Assembly: GCF_044704955.1 (NCBI RefSeq)
Contig: NC_091991.1
Location: forward strand, 50,530,001 to 50,594,000
Source: Pristiophorus japonicus
Lineage: Eukaryota
Reading direction: 5' to 3'
DNA: 64,000 nt
Part shown: positions 37,816 through 50,559 of the stretch, piece after piece
How the letters are laid out: the number at the start of each line of letters is the position of its first letter
How positions within the stretch are numbered: position 1 is the stretch's first letter
Made by a program: the position numbers and the translations under genes
Notes under the pieces: generated by a model
Databases searched by the model: none
What the model was told of the DNA's origin: nothing
Seen by the model: only the letters and a program-made list of their open reading frames with translations

Positions 37816-39024
37816 GTTAAGGCAATTAATATTTTAATAGGGCAAGAATCATTAAGAACATCACTGAAAACGTGTGGAATTCTTTATTTCCTAATACCAG
37901 TCTTTTGTTCCAGAAAAGAGAATTGTGAGGAAAATAAATCAGATGAGTGTTTTTTAAAAAAAAAATTGAAGTCCATTGCACCAAATGGGAAATCTAACCA
38001 CAATTTATCTGTAATATTAAATCTAGACTCAAATCGATGCAGTACTGTAAAGCTAAATACATCATGATGGTGGAGCACGAGCTTATCTTCAACCTGAAAA
38101 GCCATTTCCGTTTTCAATTTATCACATCACTTTAAAAAAATTTTGCAATAGTTCTTTATCTGATTTTTAATTTATCAATGTTTGTTTAATTTCAAGCAAT
38201 GTACTTTTAAAAATTAGTTTGAAAGCAAGGAGGTGTAGGAGTATGTTTTCTCTTGTGAAGATATTGAGGCAATCTGACCAGTGAGATGGATGTACACATA
38301 ACCTTAAACTGCAGCTTTTGTGGAGTTAAGCTTGATGACCTTTAGTCAGGCTGTATTTTAAGCAAAGCCCTCACTCAGATTAAAGGGGTGGAGGTGAGTC
38401 CACGGTATGATAGATTGCACATGGTCTACAGAGAGAGCAGGTTAGCTGGGCCAAATATTTTTGGCCGTTCCATGCTTTATTTGATTCATTTATTATATCC
38501 AAATTTTTCCCCTTTAACCTGACCCTCTTTCAGCCCCTCACCTGATCAATTTCAGTTCCCATTTCTACCCCAAATCACCATACAGTCTACCTTCAGTCTA
38601 CACATTTCTCAACTGCGAACTCCATTCATCCTGAGTAAGCTGCAAATGGACCAAATGCTTTTTTACTTGATATTACTATTGAAGTAAAATTCCAATTTTT
38701 CAACAAATTTAATTTGAGAAGCATTTTTCCAAAAAAACCAAGTAAAAGTGTTTTAATATAGGCTGCTCAGATTCCGAACATCAAATTACTGATGTTTAGT
38801 TATTTTAATTAATGTATATACCACCTGAAATGCAAACCTGGCTTTCATGAGCACAGAAATTATATCTATACACATCACACAAGCACGAGTGGATTTCCCA
38901 CAGAAATTCAGGACAAAACAAAATTCTCTTAATGCATTAGTGATGTGTTTATAGGATGGAGATCTGCAGCTTCGAGAGCTTAAGGAGCTCCATCTGGTGG
39001 CAGAAGGGGGTTGCCGAACATATT

Positions 39025-39656
39025 GGCCCAGAATTTGCAGCCGGATGCCTCTGACTGCAAAAATTTCTACGGAAGTACCCGTTGTTCCTGGAGTTTTGGA
39101 GATTTTGGTCCAGGGCCTCTATGCGAAGGCCTGCATAGGGGTCCATGTATCCCAGCAACTTGTGCGCTGCGTACGCATCACTGGGATCACGTGGGCCGGC
39201 CCAACCTATCAGAGTACACACAGCACTTAAGATTAAAAACATTTAAAAAAAATGGAATTTAATTAATTATTTAAAACACAAATTTGATTTATTTGAAAAA
39301 TAAATTTACATGTTTTAAAGGATCTAAAAATAAACTTACCGTAATAGGATTTTAAATGTTTAAATTATTGAAAACATTTTATTCTGTGCTTTAAAAGTCT
39401 TGTGCTGATAAAAGCAGGCCTTATGCCTGTTTTTCAGTCGTAAGAATTTGAAGAACATTCACTGGGTAGGATTTGGGCAAATAGCCCAACTCTTTGCCCG
39501 CGGAGGCCTTTTAGTTTTGGAGGCATGTGATCTGTCCAGAGAATTCTTGATGGATCTTCCGGGTTTAGCCTTGCATGCCTAAACCCGGAACTTGAGGGGA
39601 CCCCATGGGCACGTGTGCACCTCGTACCCACCCACGGGGGAGTGCAAATTCAGGCC
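39025..39656. mobile_element. Harbinger-like MITE
   Basis: Imperfect TIRs GGCCCAGAATTTGC / GCAAATTCAGGCC; internal inverted motifs and an AT-rich core. Confidence 0.6.
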
Positions 39657-40134
39657 AACTAAATTTACTGCTTTAATGATTAGCAGATCTCCTTTGGTGT
39701 AATTCAGTGAGTTGGAGAATACTGTTTTATAACATTAGTTGGGTACTGCCAACGAATGTGGCAGTGTTACAGGAACTAATTGTAGCACTTCTAGATATAC
39801 ATTTATATATGTACGCAGGATAAAAGTATGTCTCGTAGCCAAATTTAGTAGTCTAATCAATAATTTGGTACACATTATAGCTATGGGTTATAAGAGGATT
39901 ATTTACAGCTTTAAAATCCCAAGTCTCAGCACTGATTAAATGTTAATTTGGATTCAAAAACTTTACCAATTATTTTATTTTCATTGAATACATTGATCTA
40001 GCTCTTTGACTAATTAAGATTTGTACCCGGAGAAGATGAGAGTCGTCATGCCATAATAAGAGAAAGCACCGGCTTCAAACTTCATTACTTCTTTTCTCGT
40101 TTCCATCTCCACTTTCCCCATGTCACACAAAGCT

Positions 40135-40612
40135 ACTGTTCTAATGCAGCTCAACGGAAGCTTGAAGAACAGCACCACATGTTTCAATTAGACACTTTAC
40201 AGCCTTCTGGACTCAACATTGAGTTCAACAATTTCAGATCATAACCATTGTTCCTATTTTTTTGGACAGCAGGTTCTGGTAAGGGTTCTGTTGTTGACAT
40301 TTATAGCTCCTCCAGACCCCTCTTTACTTGTCCTATTACCAGTCCCTTTTGCCTTGCACCATCATCCCTTTTGCTATTTAATCACTCCTGCCTTCCACCC
40401 TATCATAGACCTTCCTGTTTGTTCTTTCCTTTCCTTCCCTCCCCTTTCCCTGCTTGAAACCTGTTACCTCTCTAACTTCATCTAGTTCTGATGAAAGGTC
40501 ACTGACCTGAAATGTTAACTCAGTTTGTCTCTCTCCACAGATGCTGCCTGACCTGCTGAGTATTTCCAGCATTTTGTGTTTTTATTTCAGATTTCCAGTA
40601 TTTTGCTTTTAT
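40135..40612 (+). mobile_element. Penelope C-terminus and terminal repeat
   Basis: CSNAAQRKLEEQHHMFQLDTLQPSGLNIEFNNFRS*, followed by a pyrimidine-rich UTR and the terminal repeat with a hammerhead core. Confidence 0.85.
40484..40520 (+). ncRNA. Minimal type I hammerhead ribozyme motif (Penelope-associated)
   Basis: AGTT-CTGATGA-A-AGGTC-ACT-GACCT-GAAA-TGTT-AACT: conserved CUGANGA and GAAA boxes, stem II AGGTC/GACCT, stem I AGTT/AACT. Confidence 0.7.
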
Positions 40613-41149
40613 ACTATATATTTTACATTTAATTACTGTGATGACTGTAATATCCAAAGTTATATAGACATGGATCTGTTCTAGCACCACAAGTTTTGAA
40701 AAATATGCTGTAAATTAAAAATGAATCATCCCATTGGTAATTAAATGCACCGATTCCCTTCCCTTATTGTTTACTAGTTGCCAATGGTACTTGTTTCCGG
40801 GCTGGAGTTTAATTTTTGCAGGGCAGCAGTTCCATGGACAGTGGCTATCCTCTGGTACTTCGGCCAGTGCTTCCGTATATTCCCGATAACAGAAACGAAG
40901 TTTGCAGATAACAGACCGGCAGTATGTGACATGGCTTTTATTTAGAGAAAAAGATTACATCTTGATTTGTTTTAGGGCTAGGTTGTCTTGTGTCAAAATG
41001 ATCTCTGGTGATTTGACTGGGGACGGATCACAGCTGAGCATGATGTTCTTACCCAGCATCCACAGATGAATACTTCACAATTGGATAATGAGCAGGAATC
41101 TTGGCTTTTAACTCAGATGCTTTCCCTTTTTAAAAAAAAAAAGACCTCT

Positions 41150-42400
41150 TAAAACAGATAAATTCCCAGGTTAGATAGTATTTATTCCAGAACATTGAGA
41201 TAATACTGGGGAAGAGATTTGAGAAGCACTGATGATTATTATGAAGGTGTTAGTAAACACTGGGGAAGTATCAGTAGATTGGAAATGAGCTAAATGTAGT
41301 GCCCATATTTAGAAAACGTGACTAAATAGACATAGGCAGCCGCAGATTTATTTCTCTTTAGTTCAGTGTAAAATAATGGAATCCGGTATCAGAAGCATAT
41401 TTAAGGATCATCTAAACAACAACCTAGTAAACCGCAGTTGGCACAACTTTAGAACACATATGCTCCTTGATCAACCATCTTAACTTCTTTGAAGAAGTGA
41501 AATCCAAGTGGACTGTGGTAAATTATTTGACATTATGTACTTAGACTTCCTAAAGGCATTTGATAAAGATACAGATGAATGGGTACTGGTTAAGCTCAAG
41601 GGTGTAGAGATTCGTGGTAAAACTTGGCAATGGCTAATAAATTGCTGAAGGATAGAATATGGCGGGTTAGAGTTAATGTCGGGGTGAGGGGAAGTACTGA
41701 TGTAGTGTGCCAGAGTTCACTGATGGGGCCAGTACTGTTCCCAATTTACATCAGTGACTTGGACTCAGAAGCTCTCTGTTATTTGATCAATTTGCAGAAA
41801 ACACCAAACTAGTAAGGGCAGTGGAATCAAAGGAGGAAGTTCAAAAATTGCAGAATGAGTGAAACAAAATGAGGGCGATTAGACAAATGTCAAATATTGC
41901 ATCTAGGAAGAAAAATGGGTGACCTATATACTCTGTGAATAGCTAAGTTTGGAGTGGAAAGCGACAGAGTAAACTGTACACTTGACATGTCCAGTCAACA
42001 CAGAGCAGGAATGAACAAAGCCGAATGAATGTTGTATTCTATAGTTTCGGCTGTGTAGTTCAAGTCAAGGGATCTAACTGTTCAATCAGATCACACCTTA
42101 GTGTTGCATCCATTTCTGGTTGCCAAGAAACAAGGAAGATATTAAAGCATTACAGGAAAGAGCCACGAGGCTGACCCTTTTACGGGTCATATTCGAGGAA
42201 AGGATGGAGAAATTTAGGCTTTTCACTCTTAAAAGGAGGTGTTTGAGAGGTGATCTTGTAGAGATAGAGATAATTAAGGGAATGCAAAAGGTTAATCCAG
42301 AATTCTACTTTAAAATAAACCGGGAGTAAGACACGGATTCAAACTAGTAAAAGATAAACATAAGATTAATGTCAGGAAGATCTTTGCGCAAAGTAATTCT
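41150..42400 (+). mobile_element. Highly decayed ancient CR1 fragment
   Basis: Residual YLDF.KAFDK, LMGPVLF.IYISDLD and LFTLKRRCLRGDLVE motifs. Confidence 0.7.
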
Positions 42401-42902
42401 GGACCGAGTAGTACAGGTATAGCGTCCCGAATGCGGAACTCTGAAAACCGGACATTTTGCACGTAGCTGATGGAGTTGTCCAGAATTCGGAATTATTGTC
42501 CGAAAACCGGACATTTTTGAGACAAAACCCAAAATCCGACACTGATTCGGTCGAGGATTCCGGATTTCAGACTATTGATTTTCTTTTCTGAAATCCGGAA
42601 ACCCCCCTACTTGTAGTGACAAAATTCCTGAAACCATTTAACTCACAATTTGATGAAGCAATGGGGGGAGTGCAGGGTTGTTCTAGATGGGTGAATTAAG
42701 ATGGGTCAAATGGCTTTCTTCATCCGTAATTGTCTTGTCATCTCAACCGTGACATTTTCTTATTGAAAATAAGTGTTCTAAAAACCTGTGTGAAGATATC
42801 ATAAATGTGACAACTGATTTGACTAAAAAATATATCTTTTTTTGATATTCAGATGTTCGTAGCTGAGTTTAAAAACAAAATTCCATGTCACTTTATTTTC
42901 AG

Positions 42903-43039
42903 GAAATCCAGCTGCTGAAGAATTGTACAGAGAAATAGGTGCACATTTAGCTCAGCTGGGAGACAGGCTGGATCAAAGTATAAATCGTGCCTTGGTTGAC
43001 GAATTTATCGTTGAGAATGAAAGGATTCAATCCCAAGCG
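42903..43039 (+). CDS. BID: BID coding exon 2 (BH3 domain)
   Basis: Acceptor tttattttcAG|, phase 1. Reads (G)NPAAEELYREIGAHLAQLGDRLDQSINRALVDEF (human IARHLAQVGDSMD). Donor GCG|GTGAGA, phase 0. Confidence 0.93.
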
Positions 43040-43099
43040 GTGAGATGCCATAATCTATTTACTCAGTTTTTAGAAAAGTACAGATGCTACAAGAACACT

Positions 43100-43655
43100 G
43101 TTTCAAGAACACTGGGATAGTGATTCTTTCCTTTGGCTCTCTACTTCTCAGAACACTTCTGCAACTGTCGACTTGTTTAACCAATCCTTTGCCTCTATTT
43201 TCAATATTCTTGTTCCCAATAAAACCATCACAGTAATTCCCCCAGTACAGCCCCCAACTTCACACTCTTGAGTCTGAAAAGTGTAAACTTGAGTATACCA
43301 ACACACACCTGGTTTAGCCATTTGTTACCAGATCTGACTTGACCACATCAAGCGTTACCTTGCTTTGTCTTCCTGTGTTATAACTGTCCACTAATCCAAG
43401 ATCATCTTGGAGGACAAGGACAACCCTGAGCTCTTTTTCTTTCTACAATCAGCCCTTTCTCCTGCCCCCTTCGCCCTCCCCTCAAATGCAAAAAGTGTAA
43501 TGAACCCATGGATCATCCGTGAAGCTTCCTCTGCTGCATACTCCCCTTACCTTTGCTTCAAGTTCCTCACCTTCTCTAATCCCAAGTCCTCATCTCTCTG
43601 CAGTTTCTCCCCTATCTTCCCCTTCTCTGCCCTCTATTAGCTCATCTTGTCCATG
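43100..43655 (+). mobile_element. Decayed L2 fragment
   Basis: Collinear similarity to the L2 region at 10230-10800 of this window. Confidence 0.6.
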
Positions 43656-45504
43656 AGTGATATAAAAATGAGGGTGCAAATTTTAAATTTGCTGAGTTGG
43701 GGGATGCATTGCCAATTCAAGTCAGTGAGGATGGGTGAGTTGGATAGGATACAAGCAGCAGAGCTTTGGCCAAAGCTCTATCCTATGTCCACCACCCACT
43801 CTAGCCCTATATTTTCCCCCATTCCCCCTCCCCATACAAATCTTCTGTTGCTCTGACTGCGGCCTCTGTGCATGTGCCTAGTCACCTCACCATTTGCAGC
43901 ATAGTCGTCAGGTGATTTGATCCTACTCTCACTTGATTTCCCTACCTAAACATTTCTACTCTTGCTCTGTCTGTTGATTCAGTGTCTTGCCCATAGTCCA
44001 AATGTGGATTTTAATTTACATGTAGTTTGAAGTATGTTTTCAGCAGAGTCTAGCAACAGATTATAGGAACAAGAAGATGGGTAGGAAAGCATTGGCGGAT
44101 AAAAATATGAAGAAAACTATGTAGATCTTGAATGACAATGTGAATATGATAAAACCAAACAATTTAAGTTTCAAAGGTATGTCTCATCATGAAAATGAGC
44201 AAAAATAGATTCATAAACAATTTATTTAATTAATGCTACGAGTGAAGTAATCTGGCAGCATCTTTACATTTAAAGGCAGAAATGTGGCTATAATTTGCAA
44301 CATTGGTGGGAGATATCAGTCCTGTGTTTTCTCTATTCCTTCTAACTAACTGAAAATGTTACTCATAAACATAGTTTTAGCTGCAAAGGATATAATATGC
44401 TCTTAAATTAAAAGCGCATTCTGAGTCACTACTTGCCTTGTCTAAATGCAGGAGGCACCAGTTTAGTTTTGACTAATCAGAATTTCAGTGTGAAACCACC
44501 AGCTGTGTGCTTTCCCTTTTTTGCAGAGCACAAACAGCAGATGGTTTTACAAAGAAGTGGCATCCTAATCTCATATGAAAGTTTCAAATGATTTAGTACC
44601 TGAAAACAGTATAATGCGAAAATGCAACAGCATCAGGTGAGGGCAGATGTGCGATCAAACGTGGAAATACAAAAGTTGCTGTCCGAAATGCGCCGCTCTG
44701 CTCTGTCGTTAGCTTCGCAAAAATGGCATCTCTCTGCCTGGGTCACCATTGAAATATATTGAGCGGAATGAAGTTGTTGTACTTGCATGGTAGATACAAA
44801 CTAAATTTACCACAGAAATTTAGCGCTGGTATGAAGTGACGCAGGAGCCGATCTTTGGACCTATTTACGGTTCATGCATATTTAATTAAGCCTGCATTAG
44901 CTGTCACAGTTTTCATGGTGTGCTAACTGTTAATTACTGCCAATGAACATCTGGCATCGAATTGTAACTATTATTAGTATGGAGTCTCATTCCATCAGGT
45001 TTTAATTATTCTTGGATATTTAAAAAATGTGAAATTTAATTTTTCTTTTTCTCTTTGTACTTGATTTGACATTGAATTCACCCACTCTAATTTATACTTT
45101 TTAATCCTTGTACTGTTTATTTCACAATCCTTTAATCTGATTGGTTAAGGAGGTACACAGTTGCTTGCCCTGTTTCCCTCACTGCAACGTTATTAGCTCT
45201 TGCGCCACAAAATAACGTTGGTGGAACGGACAAGGGCAAGTCTACCTAATGGCAGACGTTGTTAGATTCAGTCCTACAGCAGATTATGACCCAGTGTGCT
45301 CTTTTATACTCGTGTGATTTAAAATGTAAAACTGCATTTGTATATACTGGAAAATTAAGGTATGTTTGTGAAAAGCAGACTTAAGCAATCAACATTATTA
45401 GAGAACCAAGTTAAAATAATCATTTCGCCCCCAGAGGCTGCGTTATGGTTCATTTTCCCCCTTTGCTTTCTGTAAAATCAAATAAAATTACAGTCATATA
45501 AATA

Positions 45505-47455
45505 TGAATAGCAGCGAACCTGGAGACTGGGAGAAATTTAGAACTCCGCAGAGGAGGACAAAGGGTTTGATTAGGGCAGGGAAAATGGAGTACGAGCAGA
45601 AGCTTGCAGGGAACATTAAGACGGATTGCAAAAGTTTCTATAGATATGTAAAGAGAAAAAGGTTAGTAAAGACAAACGTAGGTCCCCTGCAGTCAGAATC
45701 AGAGGAAGTCATAACGGGGAACAAAGAAATGGCGGATCAATTGAACAAGTACTTTGGTTCAGTATTCACTAAGGAGGACACTAACAACCTTCCGGATATA
45801 AAAGGGGTCAGAGGGTCTAGTAAGGGGGAGGAACTGAGGGAAATCCTTATTAGTCGGGAAATTGATGGGATTGAAGGCCGATAAATCCCCAGGGCCTGAT
45901 GGACTGCATCCCAGAGTACTTAAGGAGGTGGCCTTGGAAATAGCGGATGCATTGACAATCATTTTCCAACATTCCATTGACTCTGGATCAGTTCCTATCG
46001 AGTGGAGGGTAGCCAATGTAACCCCACCTTTTTTTTTAAAAAAGGAGGGAGAGAGAAAACAAGGAATTATAGACCAGTCAGCCTGACATCGGTAGTGGGT
46101 AAAACGATGGAATCAATTATTAAGGATGTCATAGCAGCGCATTTGGAAAGAGGTGACATGATAGGTCCAAGTCAGCATGGATTTGTGAAAGGGAAATCAT
46201 GCTTGACAAACCACCTGGAATTTTTTGAGGATGTTTCCAGTAGAGTGGACAAGGGAGAACCAGTTGATGTGGTATATTTGGACTTTCAGAAGGCTTTCGA
46301 CAAGGTCCCACACAAGAGATTAGTGTGCAAAGTTAAAGCACATGGGATTGGGGGTAGTGTGCTGACATGGATTGAGAACTGGTTGGCAGACAGGAAGCAA
46401 AGAGTAGGAGTAAATGGGTACTTTTCAGAATGGCAGGCGGTGACTAGTGGGGTACCGCAAGGTTCTGTGCTGGGGCCCCAGCTGTTTACATTGTACATTA
46501 ATGATTTGGACGAGGGGATTAAATGTAGTCTCTCCAAATTTGTGGGTGGCAGCGTGAGCTGTGAGGAGGATGCTATGAGGCTGCAGAACGATTTGGATAG
46601 GTTAGGCGAGTGGGCAAATGCATGGCAGATGAAGTATAATGTGGATAAATGTGAGGTTGTTCACTTTGGTGGTAAAAACAGAGAGACAGACTATTATCTG
46701 AATGGTGACAGATTAGGAAAAGGGGAGGTGCAACGAGACCTGGGTGTCATGGTACATCAGTCATTGAAGGTTGGCATGCAGGTACAGCAGGCAGTTAAGA
46801 AAGCAAATGGCATGTTGGCCTTCATAGCGAGGGGATTTGAGTACAGGGGCAGGGAGGTGTTGCTGCAGTTGTACAGGGCCTTGGTGAGGCCACACCTGGA
46901 GTATTGTGTACAGTTTTGGTCTCCTAACCTGAGGAAGGACATTCTTGCTATTGAGGGAGTGCAGCGAAGGTTCACCAGACTGATTCCCGTGATGGCGAGA
47001 CTGACCTATCAAGAAAGACTGGATCAACTGGGCTTGTATTCACTGGAGTTCAGAAGAATGAGAGGGGACCTCATAGAAACATTTAAAATTCTGATGGGTT
47101 TAGACAGGTTAGATGCAGGAAGAATGTTCCCAATGTTGGGGAAGTCCAGAACCAGGGGTCACAGTCTAAGGATAAGGGGTAAGCCATTTAGGACCGAGAT
47201 GAGGAGGAATTTCGTCACCCAGAGAGTGGTGAACCTGTGGAATTCTCTACCACAGAAAGTTGTTGAGGCCAATTCACTAAATATATTCAAAAAGGAGTTA
47301 GATGAAGTCCTTACTACTAGGGGGATCAAGGGGTATGGCGAGAAAGCAGGAATGGAGTACTGAAGTTGCATGTTCAGCCATGAACTCATTGAATGGCGGT
47401 ACAGGCTAGAAGGGCCGAATGGCCTACTCCTGCACCTATTTTCTATGTTTCTATG
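45505..47455 (+). mobile_element. 5'-truncated CR1 LINE in BID intron 3
   Basis: RT ORF 46002-47363 with the ADDTKL motif deleted (SLSKF|VGGSV); (TTTCTATG)n tail. Confidence 0.93.
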
Positions 47456-47816
47456 AATGAAATGAAAAAAGCACAAGAGCTGCTCTCTAATTTGACATTT
47501 TCAATCGTGATCTGGTGAGATAATGATTCAAAATAGCAAACTGAAACCGCCTGAAGAAACCAAGTTTAAGCAATACTGGAGATGCTGTGTTTTATCCTTT
47601 TGTTTTGATGAGATTTACTCTTCAGTTCAACCTGTGTTGGGTGCAGAGAGCAGTTCCAATTTCATTTTAGTAATTTATTGTTTAACACAGATTGTTGGTT
47701 TACATTTTTATAAATCTAGCCTATAAAACTGGTATTCACTAACTGCATGTAAATCTAGTCAGAATAATTGTTATCTAAATTTGATTTATCTTTGTGTTTC
47801 TTTTTAATAAAATCAG

Positions 47817-48038
47817 GACGGAACAACTATTATGTCTTCCATTATTACCCGATTGACCAATCAGAGAATTGCTGTTAATCGAGATATGCCCCAGGAGAAA
47901 GTCATCCTGCTACTGGCACTGATGCTGTGCAAAAAGACCGTATTAGAGCGACCTCAATTGCTTCCACGCATCTTCAGAACCACTGTACAGTACATAAGCA
48001 GTCAGCTCCAAAATTACATTCATCAAATAGGAGGATGG
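47817..48038 (+). CDS. BID: BID coding exon 3
   Basis: Acceptor aatcAG|. Reads DGTTIMSS...DMPQEKVILLLALMLCKKTVLERPQLLPRIFRTTVQYISSQLQNYIHQIGGW (human DMEKEKTMLVLALLLAKKV..PSLLRDVFHTTVNFI). Donor TGG|GTAGGT; 222 nt, phase 0-0. Confidence 0.93.
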
Positions 48039-48702
48039 GTAGGTTTCCTACTTTAAAAAAAAAACATTATGGTATCTAAGCTACAGCATGGATGGGTGAG
48101 GCAGTAAAATGGATATCACAAAACTGTTTTAAAATGTGTTTTATTTTACTGAATTTGTTTTTTAAAAAAAAGCTGCATACTTTTTAAGCACGTCATGCAC
48201 CTTTGTGTAGGCTGCAATATAATGCAAGAGTGAAGGACCAAAGGGGCCAAAAATGCATTCTGATTCTGGCAGCTACACTAGATTATCCAGTTTGAAATTG
48301 GGTGCCAGAGCATTTTTAGCTGGGGTGTTTGGGGAAGAGAGAAGGAGGACTATTGTTTGGTGCTGCTTAAATTTGTTTTATGCAAAGTCAAACTAATAAA
48401 CTGCCTGTGATGGCATTTGTGACTGGGCTGGCTGTCCTGTCAGTGCAAAATGGATGTAGATGGGGTTGAGGCGGCTTGGAGCATAGATAAACCAATGTAG
48501 ACAACTGAGTAGCAGAGCAGTCACAGCAGCTGAATTGGTGTAGTTCAGTAGAGTAGCTTAATCCTGATGATAGAGGAATCCAGAAGTTAAATTTGACCAA
48601 ACCCAGCCACTGAAAAAAAGAATAAAAACAGAACCATCAAGTTTGGGGGATGGGCAATGCAGCGTGCTCTGTTCTTATAGTTAAAGGGCACAGTGATAAG
48701 TT

Positions 48703-50550
48703 ACATAAGAAATATGAGCAGGAGTAGGTCATACGGCCCCTCGAGCCTGCTCCGCCATTTGATACGATCGTGGCTGATCCGATCATGGACTCGGGTCCAC
48801 TTCCCTGCCTGCTCTCCATAACCCCTTATTCCCTTTATTGTTTGAATAAATTTAAGACAGAAATAGAGAGTTTCTTAATGTCCCAGCTTCCACAGCTCTG
48901 AGGCAGCGAATTCCACAAGTCCAAAACCCTCAGAAGAAATTTCTCATCTCAGTTTTAAATGGGCGGCCCCTTATTCTAAAGGTTATGCCCTCTAGTTCTA
49001 GTCTCCCCTATCAGTAGAAACATCCTCTCTGCATCCACCTTGTCAAGCCCCCTTATAATCTCATACGTTTCGATAAGATCACCTCTCATTCTTCTGAACT
49101 CCAGTGAGTAGAGGCCCAACCTACTCAATCTTTCCTCATAAGTCAACCCCCTCAACTCTGGAATCAACCTAGTGAACCTTCTCTGAACTGCCTCCAAAGC
49201 AAGTATATCCTTTCTTAAATATGGAAACCAAAACTGCAGGCAGTATTCCAGGTGTGGCCTCACCAATACCCTATACAACTGTAGCAAGACTTCCCTGCTT
49301 TTATACTCCATCTCCTTTGCAATAAAGGCCAAGATTCCATTGGCCTTCCAGATCACTTGCTGTACCTGCATACTATCCTTTTGTGTTTCATGCACAAGTA
49401 CCTCCAGATCCTGCTGTACTGCAGCACTTTGCAATCTTTCTCCATTTAAATAACTTGCTCTTTGATTTTTCCTGCCAAAGTGCATGACCTCACACTTTCC
49501 AACATTATACTCCATCTGCCAAATTTTTGCCCACTCACTTAGCTTGTCTATGTCCTTTTGCAGATTTTGTTCTTCACACGTTGCTTTTCCTCCCATCTTT
49601 GTATCGTCGGCAAACTTGGCTACGTTACACTCAGCCCCTTCCTGCAAGTCATTAATATAGATTGTAAATAGTTGTGGTCCCAGCACTGATCCCTGCGGCA
49701 CCCCACTGGTTACTGATTGCCAACCCGAGAATGAACCATTTATCCCTACTCTGTTTACTGTTAGTTAGCCAATCCTCTATCCATGCTAATATATTACCCC
49801 CAATCCTGTGAACTTTTATATGACACCTTGTCAAATGCTTTCTGGAAGTCCAAATACACTACATCCACTGGTTCCCCTTTATCTACCCTGTTCGTTACAT
49901 CCTCAAAGATTTCTAGCACATTTGTCAAAACATGACTTCCCCTTCATAAATCCATGCTGACTCTGCCTGACCGAATTTTGCTTTTCCAAATGTCCTGCTA
50001 CAACTTCTTTAATGATGGACTCCCAACATTTTCCCAACCACAGATGTTAGGCTAACTGGTTATAGTTTCCTGCTTTTTGTCTGCCTCCTTTTTTAAATAG
50101 GGGTGTTACATTTTTCCAATCTGCTGGGACCACCCCAGAATCCAGGGAATTTTGGTAAATTACAACCAATGCATCCATTATCCCTGCCGCTACTTCTCAA
50201 GACCCAAGAATGCAAGTCATCAGGTCCAGGGGATTTACCCGTCTTTAGTCCCATTATCTTACTGAGTTCCACCTCCTTAGTGATTGTGTTTGTGTTAAGT
50301 TCTTCCCTCCCTATAGCCCCTTAACTAATATTCCAACAGAGGATAATGTCCTCTACCGTAAAGACTGATACAAAATATTTCTTCAGAGTTTCTGCCATCT
50401 CCATGTTCCCCATTACTAATTCCCCAGTCTCATCCTCTAAAGGACCAACATTTATTTTAGCCACTCTTTTCCTTTTTTATATACCTACAGAAACTCTTGC
50501 TATGTTTTTATATTTCGTGCTAGTTTACTTTCATAGTCTATCTTCCCCAA
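48703..50550 (-). mobile_element. 5'-truncated CR1 LINE in BID intron 4
   Basis: RT ORF 48976-49701 ([14 protein letters not shown]); tail at 48703. Confidence 0.92.
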
Positions 50551-50559
50551 AGCATTTTT

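Noticed and set aside
42853-42902. Alternative upstream acceptor for the BID BH3 exon (ttcAG at 42851-42852)
   Set aside because: In phase 1 it reads D-V-R-S-stop; the 42903 acceptor keeps the frame.
48039-48056. BID ending by read-through (GGWVGFLL*) as in the ORF track
   Set aside because: A strong GTAGGT donor at the conserved intron position and a good downstream acceptor favour splicing, though read-through cannot be excluded without transcripts.
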